DNA of 64,000 nt, taken from positions 672,001-736,000 of the forward strand of contig CAWFFN010000008.1 in the NCBI GenBank assembly GCA_963815115.1, written 5' to 3'. Made by a program: the position numbers and the translations under genes. Within the stretch, counting starts at the first letter, position 1. Each line of letters starts with the position of its first letter. Origin of the DNA: an uncultured delta proteobacterium. GTDB lineage: Bacteria > Desulfobacterota > Binatia > DP-6. The notes beneath the pieces were generated by a model. The model was not told the origin of the DNA. It saw only the letters and a list, made by a program, of their open reading frames with translations, and did not search any database. This document shows, one piece after another, positions 61,975 to 64,000 of this stretch.

Positions 61975-62634
61975 CCGCCCCCAGCCGCCGACTCGAACAC
62001 ACGATGCGGCCCCGGAACACCTTCTTGCGATGCCACGCCGCAACCCCCCCACGCACCGGAGGCTCGCCCGCTTGCGGCCCCACGAGGGGCGCACCGCTGA
62101 CCCGCAGGAAGCGGGCCTCCCATTCGCCGCCGCCCCGGAAGTCGCGGGACACCGGGACCTTGTGATCGTCGGAGCTCGCGATCGCTCCGAGGTCGAACGC
62201 CCTGTGGTGCAACGAGCAGAGGGAGAGACCGTTCTCGACCACGTCCGGGCCGCCGTGCGAGAACCACTTCACGTGCGCGGCCTCGATCCCGTTCTGATCT
62301 TCCCGACCTGTCGGTCGTACGCGCACACGGCGCACCGGTATTCGTAAGCGCGCAGCACCGCTGGAGCGAAGCCAGGATCGCGCCGCGCGCGCGCTGGGTA
62401 CGACTCGGCCGGTCGCTCGGCGACGCCGACGTCCAGACCGACCTTCGTCAGGATATCAGGATGCAGTGAAGTCGGAAGTGCTCCTCGAGAACCGTCCTGG
62501 CGACACGTGTCACGAATTCCGGGTCGGCCCGCAAGGTCCGATCCACCGATTCGGGGAATCCGCCACGGACCCCGTCCCGTCGCAGCTCGGTCATCTTGGG
62601 GTCGGTATTGCTGCGGCGCATCCGCCCCGGGCAT
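61975..62634 (-). pseudogene. HNH restriction-type endonuclease, frameshifted
   Basis: RDPGF..VLRAYEYRCAVC; EAAHVKW..GGPD..NGLSLCSLHHRAFD; WHR. Confidence 0.8.
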
Positions 62635-62646
62635 GGTCCCGCTCGC

Positions 62647-63288
62647 TCACTCCATCATCGTCCGGAGCCGCTTCGCCGGATCGTCGAAGTGCACCGCTGC
62701 GGGGTCGAAGTCGTCAGCGTCGTACGTCCCGCCCGCCCACGTGAGCATCGCATCGTGCTCGTCGTGCTGCGGATCGGCGATCGCCGCCAGGAACTCCTCG
62801 AAGCCTCCGATCCCGCCGCAGTCCTCGGGCGGACATCGCCGCGCGCCGCCGACGCAGCGCGGGTATTTCGCCTCCGCCTCTCGGCGCGACCGGCCCTCGA
62901 ACGTCACTCGATGGACCCAGTCGTCACCGAAGTCGTACACGTAGCGTACGGTCACGCCCGGTTCGCGGAAGTACGGCGCCACCGGTAGCAGCCAGCCCGG
63001 CGCCATCGGGCGCTCGTCCGGGAACTCATCGTCCGGGATGCCGACGCGCACCACGTCGCCTGTCGACGGATCGGTCACTTCGAACTCGTGCAAGTGGCTG
63101 TCGAGCCACCCCATCGCATCCTGGATGGCCACATGCAGCCCCCAGAAGTCGTACGTGGCAGGGATCTCGATGCGACGCCAGATCGGCGGCTCGGTCTCCT
63201 CCAGCGTGACGGTGAAGCGCAGCACGGTGTCGAACTCCTCGCTCGGTCGGGAATGCGGCGCTCTTTTTTGCGGCCAGCGCTTCGCCAT
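62647..63288 (-). CDS. Plasmid pRiA4b ORF-3 family protein, second copy
   Basis: PPIWRRI, LHVAIQDAMGW..SHLHEF, YDFGDDW, CPPEDCGG. Confidence 0.92.
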   Translation of the reverse strand: MAKRWPQKRAPHSRPSEEFDTVLRFTVTLEETEPPIWRRIEIPATYDFWGLHVAIQDAMGWLDSHLHEFEVTDPSTGDVVRVGIPDDEFPDERPMAPGWLLPVAPYFREPGVTVRYVYDFGDDWVHRVTFEGRSRREAEAKYPRCVGGARRCPPEDCGGIGGFEEFLAAIADPQHDEHDAMLTWAGGTYDADDFDPAAVHFDDPAKRLRTMME

Positions 63289-63773
63289 GTCGCTGCGGTA
63301 GCAGAACGTGGGCCGACCGTGTAGTCCGGCGCGGGGCCGGACGTCAGGCAACGCGTCGACGCCACGCCGGTCCCACTCAGCCCCTGGGGCCTTCGGCGGC
63401 GTATCCAGAGAGCAGTTGCCGGGCGGAGTCTTCCAGCAGGCAGCGGGCTATGAGGGGGGGGCGAGCCCCTGGCGCCGGCGATCGCCGAGGTCGCAACAGG
63501 CTGGTTCCGGCGTCGCGTTCCTCCGGACATCCGATGTACCGACCACGCGGTGCGCTCCCTCGAGGCGCGCTGTGGGCCTTTGATCGCGGTGGGTCGTCCG
63601 CGACGGCACGCCGCTCGCTGTCAGCCTGAGCAACGATGCGAACACGACCGAAGCGGTCTACGGGCCAGCTCGCGGGCGCGTGTTTGCGGCACGCGGGCAT
63701 CCGGGCAGTGCTGCGCCGAGTGGTGGATGGGTGAAGAGACCGCGGCGTTGGCCGCTTTGGCTCGCCGCAACTA

Positions 63774-64000
63774 TCACGAGCCCTTCCTGAACATCTCGTA
63801 GCGTTCCGCGAGAAAATCGCGACTGGGCCGGAGCTTCGGGGAGTGGGGAAGGTGAGCCACTTGCCGGCGATGGAAGCCCTGCAGTCCGTGCACGAGCATT
63901 GGGCCGTCTTCCTCCTCGAGCACGTCCTGGCGCACCTCGACCTCGAGATCCGGGCTCACGCCCAGCACGTGCGCGTCGAAGGCCGCGTGATGAAGCCCGC
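63774..64000 (-). CDS. HNH endonuclease C-terminus (partial, runs off window end)
   Basis: LHHAAFDAHVLGVSPD..DGPML.HGLQ..RPSRDFLAERYE.F. Confidence 0.8.
   Translation of the reverse strand, partial: GLHHAAFDAHVLGVSPDLEVEVRQDVLEEEDGPMLVHGLQGFHRRQVAHLPHSPKLRPSRDFLAERYEMFRKGS

Overview
High-GC bacterial window (gene content suggests a soil deltaproteobacterium/Binatota-like genome; inference only). Bases 1-24.4 kb are mostly intact chromosomal genes: recQ (partial), an EF-hand protein divergent from a sigma54 two-component system, asnB/flippase/FkbM, an orphan DGQHR operon, a D,D-carboxypeptidase, a TPP enzyme, an M23 peptidase, two vapBC pairs and an unusual pair of Zn-finger proteins. This part ends at tRNA-Thr(CGT), 24366-24438. 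Everything downstream is an integration hotspot. The tRNA 3' half recurs at 36115 and 61925 (each inside a ~200-bp repeat with arm-like sites and a mirror copy of the tRNA end), with shorter cores at 35947, 48924 and 61763. These divide the region into three 12-13 kb blocks with no integrase in view. The blocks hold IS256/IS110 remnants, many intact and broken toxin-antitoxin genes, three paralogous secreted proteins under TetR, a catabolic operon, an Hsp20-kinase-aminotransferase-AEP primase-polymerase cluster, an XPB-like helicase, pRiA4b ORF3 proteins and HNH nucleases. No CRISPR array or rRNA was seen. All family calls come from motif recognition by eye, not from database searches.
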